NCBI GenBank assembly: GCA_963776345.1
Contig: CAVZMH010000014.1
Span: 98,973 to 162,972, forward strand
Source: an uncultured delta proteobacterium
Lineage (GTDB): Bacteria; Myxococcota; Myxococcia; Myxococcales; Myxococcaceae
Length of the DNA: 64,000 nt
Direction of reading: 5' to 3'
Shown in pieces: positions 19,349-29,364 of the stretch (position 1 is the stretch's first letter; each line of letters begins with the position of its first letter). The position numbers and the translations under genes are program-made. Below the pieces are notes generated by a model. The model had not been told where the DNA came from, ran no database searches, and worked only from the letters and a program-made list of their open reading frames with translations.

Positions 19349-20526
19349 GTGACGCTCCGGGGTGACGTTGCGGTCGAGGTGCCAGACGAGCTCTCGGAGG
19401 AGTTCGAGAAGAAGCTGGCTTACGTGGCCGAAGGCGTGACCTCTGCGAGTTACGACCCGGTGATGAAGCGGGTCACCTTTGCACTCGCGCACGGGGCGGC
19501 GAAACGGACCGATCAGGTGGCGGCCACGATTCGCGAAATCGCCGCGAAGCTCGTGACCTCGTACCGTCCTGGCCTGAGGCGGCGCGTTGCGAGCAGGGAA
19601 GCATCGAGCCCCGGCGCAGCGGACCCTCACCCGATCCTGAGTGACGAGGGGGAGCTCAAGGAGTTCGGGCGGGGGAGGTTCGGCCTGGGACCGAAGATGA
19701 CGGCTTTGGTCCGAGCTCTCGACGACCTCATCCTCGCGGAGTTCGCCGAGTTCGCGGCGTCAGTCCATCAGTTTCCGTCACTCATCTCGGGAGAGGTTCT
19801 CGACCGGTGCCGCTACCTCCGGAACTTCCCCGCGTCCCTGAGCCTGGTGACGCACCTGCGTGAGGACCTCACGGTCCTGCAGGGCTTCGCGGCGGCAGTG
19901 CGCTGGGACGCCGACCACTTGGAGTTCCCGAAAGAGGCCTTGAGCTCGTTCGACGTCCTCCTCGCGCCGTCGGTATGCTTCCACTGGTACGCCTGGCTCC
20001 AAGGTGAGCGACTCGTCCGCGAGCGGGTCATCACCGCCATCGGGAAATGCTTCAGATACGAGAGCACGTCCCTTTCCGGGCTCGAGAGGCTGTGGGACTT
20101 CACTATGCGTGAGGTCGTCTTCGTTGGCGACCCAGCTGACATCGCGCGTCGCCGGGACGCAGCACTCCGAGCCGGTGAGTCGCTGCTCGAGGCGCTGGAC
20201 CTCTCTTACGAGATCGTGACGGCAACCGACCCCTTCTTCATCGACTCGTATGCGGTCCAGGCCGCGTTTCAGCGCGGCTTCGAGCTGAAGTACGAGTTCC
20301 TTTGTCCCCTTGCTTATCGAGGCAAGCAGCTGGCGATCGGCTCGGTGAACTACCACCAGGACTTCTTCGGCCGCAGTTTCGACATCACGCTGGCCGGGGT
20401 TCCCTGCCATACCGGATGCATCGGCTTCGGGCTGAGCGGCTCGCCCTCGCGGTGCTCGCGCAACACGGGACGGATCCGAAGCACTGGCCCGGTGCGTTGC
20501 AGGAGGCTGTGAGTCGATGGATGTGA
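19349..20526 (+). CDS. Class II aaRS paralog (SerRS-like amino acid:[carrier protein] ligase); frameshift near 20432
   Basis: LAPSVCFHWY, motif 2 CFRYE..RLWDFTMREVVF, ATDPFF, KYE, GSVNYHQDFFG, HTGCIGFG(L)ERL motif 3 restored by one indel. Confidence 0.8.
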
Positions 20527-20993
20527 AGGCAACGGTGACGGTCCGCCAGGCCGTAGCCAGCGAGCTCGAACGGCTTCACGCGCTCTGGACCGCGCTCTAC
20601 GAGCACCAGGCGGCGCACGGCATGCGGATTCGCCTTCCACCGAGCGCCTTTGAGGCTTGGGTCGAGGGTATTCGCCCATTTCTGGGTCGCTTTGCGGTGG
20701 TAGTCGTCGCTCAGTCTGCCGACGCGCTTATCGGTTTCGTGGCGGGCCGGGTTCGAACGCTGCCGCCCTACTTCGGCTCGGAGCAGGTGGGAGCGATCAG
20801 CGAGGTCTTCGTCACCGAGCAACGAAGGTCCGAGCGGATCGGGGAGAAGATGCTCGACGCAGCGGTGGCCTGGTACCGTGGGAACGGGATCCGGCGGATC
20901 GAGCTCCAGGTGGTGGCGAGGAATCCGCACGCGCTGCGGTTCTATGAGCGGTTGGGTTGGCAGCGGGAACTCGTGCAGATGGTCTTGGACTGA
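20517..20993 (+). CDS. GNAT-family N-acetyltransferase
   Basis: ISEVFVTEQRRSERIGEKMLD..IELQV..NPHALRFYERLGW. Confidence 0.88.
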   Translation: MDVKATVTVRQAVASELERLHALWTALYEHQAAHGMRIRLPPSAFEAWVEGIRPFLGRFAVVVVAQSADALIGFVAGRVRTLPPYFGSEQVGAISEVFVTEQRRSERIGEKMLDAAVAWYRGNGIRRIELQVVARNPHALRFYERLGWQRELVQMVLD

Positions 20994-21127
20994 CACCGCG
21001 GAAGGCCCCGCAACGCTCGCCTTTCAAGGCCCCGGAAGAACACGGATGGTGATCGAATCGGGCTGCTGGCTCGGAGGCGACGCGTCCTACTCCCACCAAG
21101 AGCGAGCCCTGGTCGCGCCGCCAGCGA

Positions 21128-21883
21128 GTGAACGACTACGACGTGAACCGGGACGCGAGCCGGCAGGAGATGCGGAGCTACGTCTGCGGTCAGTGCCACG
21201 TCGAGTGCTACTTCCGTGGGGACTGGAAGACGCTGACCTACCCGTGGAAGAACGGGCTGAAGGCGGACGAGATCGAGGCGTACTACGACGACGGCGCGAA
21301 CTTCGCGGACGGGAAGCCGTTCAAGGACTGGGTGCACGCCGAGTCGGGCGCGCCGGTCCTGAAGGCGCAGCATCCGGAGTTCGAGCTGTGGAGCCAGGGC
21401 GTCCACGCGCGGAGCGGGGTGGCGTGCGCGGACTGCCACATGCCCTACGTGCGCGAGGGGGCGCTCAAGGTGAGCGACCACTGGGTGCGGAGCCCGCTCT
21501 TGAACGTGAGCCGGGCGTGCCAGACGTGTCACCCGTATGCGGAGAGCGAGATCCAGGCGCGGGTGGCGCAGATCCAGTTGCGGAACTACGACCTGCTCCA
21601 GCGGGCGGGCGGGGCGATCTCCGAGATGCTGGACGCGCTGAAGGCGGCGAAGGCGGCGGGGGCGACGGATGCGCAGCTGGCCCAGGCGCGGGCACTGCAG
21701 CGGAAGGCCCAGTGGCGGCTGGACTTCGTGGCCGCGGAGAACAGCATGGGGTTCCACGCCCCGCAGGAGGCCGCGCGGCTCCTGGGTGAGGCGGTGGATT
21801 ACGGCCGGCAGGCGCAGATTTCGGTGGAGAAGCTCCGGCTCGGTGACGTGAAGCCCGCCGCGGCAAAGAGCGGGCCGCAGTAG
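21128..21883 (+). pseudogene. nrfA: 5'-truncated second copy of nrfA (last three hemes), carrying the native-looking stop
   Basis: Direct repeat of 17918-18667 (offset 3210) with about 20 substitutions by eye; VEYY changed to VECY; ends KSGPQ-TAG. Confidence 0.9.
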
Positions 21884-21917
21884 AGCTCAGCGCTCGTGAT
21901 TCAGCGCGCACTGACTT

Positions 21918-22727
21918 CTAGAGTCTGAGCTGAAAGTGGCGGTCTCCAACTGGTCCCAGCAAGAGCGAAGCAAGCCACTGGCCAGGGCTCATGTCCCGGA
22001 AGCCGGCTCGGACGAGATCGGACGTGACCGCCGCGGGAGAACTCCGGGCTCTGCCCAACCAAAATTCATCCAACTCAATAATGATGTTCTTCACTATGCC
22101 TCTTTCGAGTGTTTCTTTCGCGCCATGAAGCACTCGTGTTTCAAATCCGTCGACATCGATCTTGAGCAGATCGATTTGATTCAAGCCCCACTCTCTTACG
22201 CAGCTGTCTAGTGTCCGAATGGGGACGGCGATTCCGGCCCCCGTCTCGTCTGCCATCGTGGCTGTTCTGTTGTTGAAGACGTTCTGGTCCGCTTGTGAAA
22301 CTCGCCCGGAACCTTCGAAGGAGCCGAGGCCAAAACCGAACACCGAGACCTGAGATAGAGAATTCGACTCCACAAAACGGCGGAGAAGAGCGAGGTTGGG
22401 AGGCCAAGGCTCGAACGCAAAGACTCTACCTGACACGCCGACCAGCGATGCAGCGAGCAGTGTGAAGTAGCCGATATTGGCTCCCACATCCACGGCAACC
22501 ATGCCCCGTTTCAAGATCGTTCTAAATCGGTAAGTATTTAAAGGTTCATAGCAGCCCATATAGATCATACGGTCTATAAAGTTGGACAAGTCGACTTCTA
22601 TTCGACTGCCAAACAATCGAGCAGGACGGATGCCGTGTCGTGGAGTGACGTGAGTAAATATCCGAACCTTGCCACGGAATGGCAGCGGACGCGCAAGTCC
22701 CAGAAGGAGTTCTTGTACATTCGCCAT
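21918..22727 (-). CDS. FkbM-family methyltransferase
   Basis: VDVGANIGYFT..FAFEP..LLKIDVDGFE; low GC. Confidence 0.9.
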   Translation of the reverse strand: MANVQELLLGLARPLPFRGKVRIFTHVTPRHGIRPARLFGSRIEVDLSNFIDRMIYMGCYEPLNTYRFRTILKRGMVAVDVGANIGYFTLLAASLVGVSGRVFAFEPWPPNLALLRRFVESNSLSQVSVFGFGLGSFEGSGRVSQADQNVFNNRTATMADETGAGIAVPIRTLDSCVREWGLNQIDLLKIDVDGFETRVLHGAKETLERGIVKNIIIELDEFWLGRARSSPAAVTSDLVRAGFRDMSPGQWLASLLLGPVGDRHFQLRL

Positions 22728-22895
22728 ATGCCAACTCTAGCGCGGTAACGGCTGGCAGAGCAGTAAGAGCCTGATCGGGCCGAACTCCTTGGTCGCGCTC
22801 TGTTGGGGTCCGGGTTGAGCGGGCAGGCGAGCGACAACGAGCTTGCTCTTGGCGATGAATCGTCTGTCTTTCGCTCCAGTCGGAGCTTTGAGAGG

Positions 22896-23636
22896 ATGCG
22901 CGAGTGGAGCAACGTCTTCATCCGGTCGTTCCGCGCAGCCGGTCGGCGTGCGCTCTTCCGGGCCCTCCCGCCAGGAAGCCGTTTGCCGTTCGAGTACTGG
23001 CTTGCCCGGGTCCGGGGTTCGATCGAGCCCGAACTGCGTTACCTCCATCTGTTCTGTCCACATCAAGGCTGCGCCGTTGATGTAGGTGCGCACCGCGGCC
23101 ACTACGCCTACCGCCTCTCGAAGCTTGCCCGGAGTGTTGTGGCCTTTGAGATAAACCCAGAACTTCTGGTTGACCTCGAAGCGTACAACCCGGGGAATTT
23201 GCGAATCATCCCAGTCGGCCTCTCTTCTACTACGGCTGAATTGCCGCTGTTCATACCAATCCGTGATGACAGACCTCTGACCGGCTGGGCAAGTCTCGAT
23301 CCGGCCAACCTCCCTGGCGCGTCGAGCTATCTCACTAGACTCTCGCGCGTAACTACCCTGGACAGCTTCGACCTCGATCATGTCACGTTCGTCAAGATCG
23401 ATGTCGAAGGACATGAGTTGGAGGTGCTTCGAGGAGCTGAAAAGACCCTCGCAAAGTGGCGACCGATGCTTCTGGTCGAAGTTAAGTCCCACAACTCAGC
23501 TGTTGTCGAGGAGTTCCTGACGAACAGGGGATATTTGAGGCGAAACCTTCAAGACTTGATCGGTGTCCCCGGTTCCCCGGAAAACGCCATCTTCGTCGCG
23601 GCCGGAATGGTCAACACTCACAATGAACCAGAGTAG
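22896..23636 (+). CDS. FkbM-family methyltransferase
   Basis: VDVGAHRGHY..VAFEINP..FVKIDVEGHELEVLRGA. Confidence 0.88.
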   Translation: MREWSNVFIRSFRAAGRRALFRALPPGSRLPFEYWLARVRGSIEPELRYLHLFCPHQGCAVDVGAHRGHYAYRLSKLARSVVAFEINPELLVDLEAYNPGNLRIIPVGLSSTTAELPLFIPIRDDRPLTGWASLDPANLPGASSYLTRLSRVTTLDSFDLDHVTFVKIDVEGHELEVLRGAEKTLAKWRPMLLVEVKSHNSAVVEEFLTNRGYLRRNLQDLIGVPGSPENAIFVAAGMVNTHNEPE

Positions 23637-23642
23637 CTCACT

Positions 23643-23800
23643 GGCGAGGTGCACCCCGGCCTCGAGGAACCGCCGCCAGGCGTAGGCGCCCGCGAGCCTT
23701 GCGCGTCCGAGTCGCTTCTCGGCCCACGGCATGTCGCTGGTCGCGGCCGGAGCGACGCCAGCCCGGGCGTACGCCTCGAGGACGTCGTGGTTCGCGGCGT
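23643..23800 (-). pseudogene. Internally deleted fragment duplicating the amidohydrolase gene
   Basis: [52 protein letters not shown] matches 15384-15486 joined to 15581-15637. Confidence 0.85.
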
Positions 23801-23920
23801 GACCATGGCCCGTAGGGCTCTCGAGCCCGCGAAGGAGATGGCCGACCGGTTGGGACCACGGGCGTTGAGGCACGCAGCCGAGCGAGACACCGCGAGACGC
23901 AGGGGCGGAACAAGCATGGA

Positions 23921-25432
23921 ATGGCGGCTGTGCTCAATTGGTTCGTTCCAGTACGATCGGCCACGGTGGCTCGCAGTCGACCTCCGCGCATCCGACTTGC
24001 ACCCGTGCCCAACGGGGGGTGGCTGCTGCTGGTCGTGAGCGCAGGGGGTTCTTATCCGCTGCAGCTCGGTCCTGGGACGACCCGGTTACCGTCAGGAGCC
24101 GAGATCCTCGTCGAGGGCGACCGGCTTCAGCTTCGTGCAGGGAGCATCGGGGCAACGGTAAACGACGTCGAGGTACAAGCTCCGACGTCCCTGCACGTCG
24201 GTGACTTGCTCAGCCAGGCCGAGCTTCAGTTCCTCGTACTGCCGGCGCCTGCCAGCGCCCCGCCGTGGGAGCCTGCGCTTCTTGAACACGGGGTCTGGCA
24301 GCGTAGGCTCGAGGAAGAAGTGGAAGCAGCAGACGAGCCCTTTGCAGTCCTGCTAGGGCGTTCGGGGGCCTTTGCACCGGCATTCCTGTCCTCGGCGCTC
24401 GCCGACTTCTCCCCGGTGCGAGGGGTTCGTCAGATCGCGGGGGTCTTCGGTCGGAATGCGCTCGAGGTCCTTGTCATCGGTGACCTCGAGGGCGTCGACC
24501 GTTTTCGGCAGTTTGTCTCCGAGCGTGCCGCCAGGGAGGAGGAGACGGTACGCTGGGGCGCGGCGTGGTTCCCCAGGCACGGGGCGACCGCAGAGGAACT
24601 CTGGTCCGTCGCGGTGGACCGACTTCTCGGTCTGCAGGCGCTGGAGCCGCCGGAGCTGGTCTGGAGCGACCCGTGCATGACCCGGCTCCGTGCGTTTGCC
24701 GATCGCTGGTCCCGGCGGCGTGCCCTTGCCCTGGTCGGGGCGGAGGGAGTCGGCCGCGAGAGCCTCGTGCGACTCATCCGCGCCTCGGCCGCACCTGGAG
24801 CTCCGTTCATCGTGCATCGAGGATCTCGGTTTGAGCCAGCGAGGTGGAGGGAGGACGTGGCCCGAGCGGCCGGCGGCTCCCTTCACGTGCGGCGTCCCGA
24901 AGTGCTTCCCGAGGGAGAGCGGCTCGCCTTTTGGAGCGCGACGAGTTTCCGGCCTTCCGGCGGCGTCGCGGTCGGCGTGCGGGCGTCGCAACTACCCGAG
25001 GACCGAATTGTCATCCCAGGGCTGGCGGACCGTCCAGCCGACGTCGCTCCTATTTCAGAGTTGGTACTCCATGCCGTCGACGCGCAGCTCGGACGCCGAA
25101 GATCGAGCCTGCGCTCAGAGACGCGCTCGCTACTCCAGGGAATCCGAGCGCGGGAAAATGTACGCACCCTCAGGAATATGGTCATCAGAGCAGCCCTGAC
25201 CGCGACAGGCACAGAGGTTCGTCCCGAGCACCTCGACCTGTCTTCGGAAATTACAGAGTTTTCCGGGGTACGCGCAAAGCTGCGCGAAACCGAGCGACGA
25301 GAAATCGAAGCAGCGCTCCACGGAAGCGGATGGAATGTGACGGAGGCAGCGCGCAGAATGAAACTACCGCGCAGGACCCTCGTGTACCGGATGGCGCGAC
25401 TGGGCGTGCGGCGCCCAGGAGGCACCATCTGA
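23921..25432 (+). CDS. Fis-HTH regulator with FHA-like N-terminus and degenerate sigma54-activator AAA+ domain
   Basis: GATVNDVEV..LHVGDLL (FHA-like); GAEGVGRE degenerate Walker A; IPGLADRPAD; ENVRTLRN; GWNVTEAARRMKLPRRTLVYRMARLG. Confidence 0.75.
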   Translation: MAAVLNWFVPVRSATVARSRPPRIRLAPVPNGGWLLLVVSAGGSYPLQLGPGTTRLPSGAEILVEGDRLQLRAGSIGATVNDVEVQAPTSLHVGDLLSQAELQFLVLPAPASAPPWEPALLEHGVWQRRLEEEVEAADEPFAVLLGRSGAFAPAFLSSALADFSPVRGVRQIAGVFGRNALEVLVIGDLEGVDRFRQFVSERAAREEETVRWGAAWFPRHGATAEELWSVAVDRLLGLQALEPPELVWSDPCMTRLRAFADRWSRRRALALVGAEGVGRESLVRLIRASAAPGAPFIVHRGSRFEPARWREDVARAAGGSLHVRRPEVLPEGERLAFWSATSFRPSGGVAVGVRASQLPEDRIVIPGLADRPADVAPISELVLHAVDAQLGRRRSSLRSETRSLLQGIRARENVRTLRNMVIRAALTATGTEVRPEHLDLSSEITEFSGVRAKLRETERREIEAALHGSGWNVTEAARRMKLPRRTLVYRMARLGVRRPGGTI

Positions 25433-25906
25433 TCGCCACCGGGTCGGAAGGCCACGACTGTGCGCAAAGAAGCGTGGCTCTCCGATGTGCCGAGTCTCCG
25501 ATCGCCGAACCCCACGGCGGAGGAAAGTGACCTGACCCGCGTCCAACAACGCGCGGATCTGATCTAGGGTTGCGGCGTGGATGCCCCTGTTGTCCGAGAG
25601 CGCCCGGAAATGACTGAAAAGCCCTTGCGCGGCATCACTCGCGAGCGCGATTGGACATACATGGTCGGAGCGTCCCGGGCACCGGCCCTTCACAGTGAGT
25701 CTACGTCTCCGGGCATCTATTGAACGAATGCGGAACATAGGTTGGGCAGTTCGACTTACGCCTCGTAGATGGCTCGTACGAGGACGCGTCCTCTCGTGAG
25801 ACCCGACTCGTGGTGGGTGCGCCCTGGCTCTAGCCGGGCGGATACCGCGTGGTGCTGGCGGATTACGAATGGCGCAGCTGATCCAGCCCGGTGGGGCGGC
25901 TAGCCT

Positions 25907-27013
25907 GTGAAGCGGTTTCGTTTCTTCTCATCGCGAGACTGGCTTCCGGCAGGGACGCCTCACGTTCCTTACTTGTCGCCGTTCTGGGGAGCACCGGCTA
26001 GAAGACCCACGCGATCCACAGCGGGCGCGCACGACCGGTGGCTCGCAGTCGGGCGAGAGGTAGCCGAGGAATCGGCGCTGGGGGTTGCGGAAGCGGCGAT
26101 GCTCCCGTTCGACTGGACGGAAGCAACGAAGTCGAGGCACCACCGCGAGGTTGCCATGCGGGCGCTATCGGAGAGCCGAAAAGCTGGAAAGCCGCTGTTG
26201 GTCTTCTTCTGGAACGACGATTCCCAGGACCTCGGTCTGGACGGAGCGATCATTCTCAGGACCTCCGCGAACCGGGGACCAAAGTACGGCGTCGTCGAGT
26301 TCGCATGCCCGAGCTGGCAAGAAGACCCCAGACGTTGGGTGACGGAGCGGGGTTCCGTTGAGGAGAAGTCCCACATGCCGCCATCCATATCCTTCTGCGG
26401 TTACGTGGGGCGGCCGTCAGGATGGCGAGCCACGGCAAAGGAACTGCTCCGGACTTCGCTCGGTCGCTTTCATCCCATCGTTCCCCAACTTCGTCAAACG
26501 CCCCTCGAGCTTCGCCGCGCCGCCCTCGCGGTTCTCGGCCGCGACCGCCGGTTACGAACCCAGTTTATCACTCGCCAGTCCTTCTATGGAGGGGCCCTTC
26601 GCCGACGAGCGAAACTGGGACTATGAACAGAAGGCGCTGGTAAGAGCCGAATACGTAGAAAACATATGTTCCGCAGATTACGTACTGTGCGTCCGTGGCA
26701 CAGGAAATTACTCGATGCGCTATTTTGATACTTTCGCACTCGGGCGGGTGCCTGTGGTCTGATCGACACTGGGGGGGGCTTCCCTTACGACTTTCGAAGT
26801 GAACTTGGCACTCGCGTGGACCGTGGATCTCGGTAGACGAGCTTGCTCGTCTTCCGGAGGTCATTGCTCGAGTTCCATCATCGCCACACAGCAGAAACGC
26901 TCCAGACGCTAAAGGATGAGAATCGCGGGCTTTGGGAACATTGGCTGTCTTCGGAGGGCTTCTTCCGTGAACTGCCTCGCCACCTCGAGCGCGCGAGAGG
27001 TCAGCGCGGATGA
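25907..27013 (+). pseudogene. Exostosin (GT47)-like glycosyltransferase, frameshifted
   Basis: ISFCGYVG..; then in a shifted frame EYVENICSADYVLCVRGTGNYSMRYFDTFALGRVPV. Confidence 0.7.
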
Positions 27014-28199
27014 GCGGGCTCAAACTTCGCATCGCAATCGACTTTACCGGATTCGAAGAGTTGAGTGTCGCCGTAGGACAGTTCCGGTATCTCTTGAGTT
27101 TGGTACATGGGCTCGCTCCGCGACTCTCTTCCGGGGAAGGATGGCTCTTGAGTCCGGCGTCCAATCTACCGGATGAACTGCAACCGTACTGCGCGCCGAA
27201 GGGACCGTTCCGATACCGTAAGGTTGCACGCCCGTGGCTTCGCGAGCCGCTTAGTCTCACGCACATCTCGCGCTATGCCATTGCCCAGGAACTCCGGCTT
27301 GACGTGCTGCACGCAGTTCACGCCTTCCTGCCAATCATCGCCCCCTGTGCGATGGTGTTGACGATTCATGATCTCATGCCAGAGATCTTTCCGGAGTACG
27401 ATACTTGGGCACGGGAGCCGAGCGTACCGGTATTATCGTTACCTTGCCCGCGAGCGGGCTGATGCCTTGGTGTGCGTGTCAGAAACGACCGCAGAGGACG
27501 TCCGGTCGCGATGGAGGGTTGCTGAAGAAAGAATCTTTACCGCGCCACTGGCTATTGCTGCTTTCCCTCGGGAGAATATCGCCCTTCCTCCAAGTGTTCC
27601 GACAGACCGGTCGCTGGATCTTGTCGCCCTACAATCTCGAACCGCGAAAGAATCTGCGTCGGTTGCTCGAGGCGTTTGCGCAGGTGCCGGATCCCCGGGA
27701 TGAAATGCGACTCGTGCTGTTCGGCCGTGCAGCGCATACTCCAGAGCGGGAGCGCGAGTTCGACGACCTCCTAGCGCGCTTGTCTATTGGACGAAAAGTG
27801 ATTCGGACTGGATTCGTTTCGGATGCGGCGCTCGCAACGATGTATCGCCGGTGCACAGTGTTTGTATTCCCCTCGCTCTACGAGGGCTTTGGTCTGCCGG
27901 TTCTAGAGGCAATGGCGAATGGCGCCTGCGTCGTCGTCGGGGATCGGAGCGCGATGAAGGAAGTCGTCGATCAAGCAGGCGTGTTGATGGACGTCGACTC
28001 TCCTTCGGCCATGGCGAGGGCGATCATCACAACCCTCGCGGATGAGCGCGGGCGCCAGAGGCTCTCCGAGAAGGCGCGCGCCCGGAGTACGGCGTTCACC
28101 CTCGAGCGCTTGGCTGACCAGACAATCGCCGCCTACCGCTTTGCCTCGCGCCAATTCGTGAGTCGTATGGGAAGTCGCCTTGATAAGGCGCCGAAGTAG
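27010..28199 (+). CDS. GT4 glycosyltransferase, frameshifted
   Basis: VLTIHDL; NLEPRKNL; FVFPSLYEGFGLPVLEAMANG; split over three frames. Confidence 0.85.
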
Positions 28200-28215
28200 A
28201 AAGAAGAGCGGCGCC

Positions 28216-28295
28216 GACCGAGGCAGGTTCCTGCCCCCGTGGCGCCGGAACCTGTCCGGCCCCGACGGCCCGGCCCCCCCCATCCCTGGGCCGAG
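28216..28295 (+). mobile_element. IS91/ISCR-like remnant (left part, interrupted by IS3; continues 29325-29364)
   Basis: Matches 33694-33772 and resumes GAGCTCC(C)TCAAGCGGAC after the IS3. Confidence 0.8.
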
Positions 28296-28313
28296 TGTAG
28301 TGCTCCCCTGAGA

Positions 28314-28928
28314 TCAAGCCACACGTGAGACTTCCGCTCGGTACTCCCTCGGGCTCCTGTAGCCGAGTGCTTGATGAGGCCTGCCGTCGTTGTACCAGTC
28401 GATCCAGCGCGCGATGGTAGCCCGCAAGGTCCCGAAGCGGGCGATGCACGCCTCCTCGATGGCTCGCTCCGCCTCCTTGGCGCGCCCACGAAGCGCAAAC
28501 TCGTAGCCGATGACTTCCCGGTCGTGGCAGTCAATCACCGCGGCCAGATGCGCCCAGCCGTCGCCGCCGCAGGGCACGTGCGTCATGTCCATCGCCCAGC
28601 GCTGGTTGCTCTGCTCAGCCTGGCTCCGCTTCCCATGCACGCGTGGCCGGGGCGTCCAGGTGCGCTGATGGACAAACCAACGCTTCTGCTCCAGCACTCG
28701 GTAAACGGCCTTCCGGTTGATGCGGACGCCTTGGCGAAAGCGCAGCATCGCCCAGATGCGCCGGTAGCCGAACGTCGGGTGCTCGTGGATGAGCGAGCCG
28801 ATTCGGGCAACCAGGAGCTCGTCGAGCACGGGCGCGGGCGCACGCACTAGCCGACGCGGTCGTGACCGCGCCACGTGGAGGATGCGGCACGCCTGACGTT
28901 CGGACAGGTCCGGCATCGCCGCCCTCAC
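28314..28928 (-). pseudogene. IS3 OrfB integrase, internally deleted
   Basis: HPTFGYRRI, WAMDMTHV, VIDCHDRE, then jumps to WIDWYN..RPHQALGYRSP; second D and E region missing. Confidence 0.85.
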
Positions 28929-29251
28929 TCGTCCGACGTCTTCGGCACAAAAGGGCGGTCCTTGGTCGCCTCCCGCAGAACGTCGTTCTCGAGCACCAGC
29001 TCGCCGACCTTCTGCTTCAGCTTCCGGATCTGCTCGTCCTTCAGCGCCTCGTCGTCCTTGGGCCGCGCTCGAAGCGCGTTCTCAGCCGCGAGGAGGAATC
29101 GGTCGCGCCAGTCCTCGATTTCAGCCACCGTCAGCCCGTGCTTGCGAGCGGCCTCCTGCACCGAGGTCTCGCCCTTCAGAATGCTCGTCACGAGCGCGAC
29201 GCGTCGCTTCGCCGTCCAGCGCTGCAGGTCCTCCGGAATCTCGCCTGCCAT
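28925..29251 (-). CDS. IS3 OrfA (DUF1153-like HTH)
   Basis: QRWTAKRRVALV..SVQEAARKHGLT..IRKLKQKVGELVLENDVL. Confidence 0.88.
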   Translation of the reverse strand: MAGEIPEDLQRWTAKRRVALVTSILKGETSVQEAARKHGLTVAEIEDWRDRFLLAAENALRARPKDDEALKDEQIRKLKQKVGELVLENDVLREATKDRPFVPKTSDE

Positions 29252-29364
29252 GCCTTCCCCACCTCTCCGCGGCCAACTCCACCGCGTCTTAAGGGTGGCT
29301 TCAACTCAGAGGGGAGCGGGATACGAGCTCCCTCAAGCGGACTTCCTAGACCGACGTCCTCGCG

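Larger units (their letters stand above)
28296..29324 (-). mobile_element. IS3-family insertion sequence with deleted integrase core
   Basis: Imperfect terminal IRs TGTAGTGCTCCCCTGAGATCAAGCCAC / GTGGCTTCAACTCAGAGGGGAGCGGGATAC; GAG target duplication. Confidence 0.85.

Noticed and set aside
19349..20526. Housekeeping serS
   Set aside because: No typical bacterial SerRS N-terminal coiled-coil arm; it sits beside an ACP in a lower-GC insert.
21128..21883. Second nrfA as a functional gene or as an exact assembly duplicate
   Set aside because: It lacks the signal and hemes 1-2 and has a Tyr-to-Cys change. About 20 substitutions argue against an exact artefact, though a strain chimera is not excluded.
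17918..21883. Diversity-generating retroelement template/variable repeat pair
   Set aside because: No reverse transcriptase, and the differences are not restricted to adenines.
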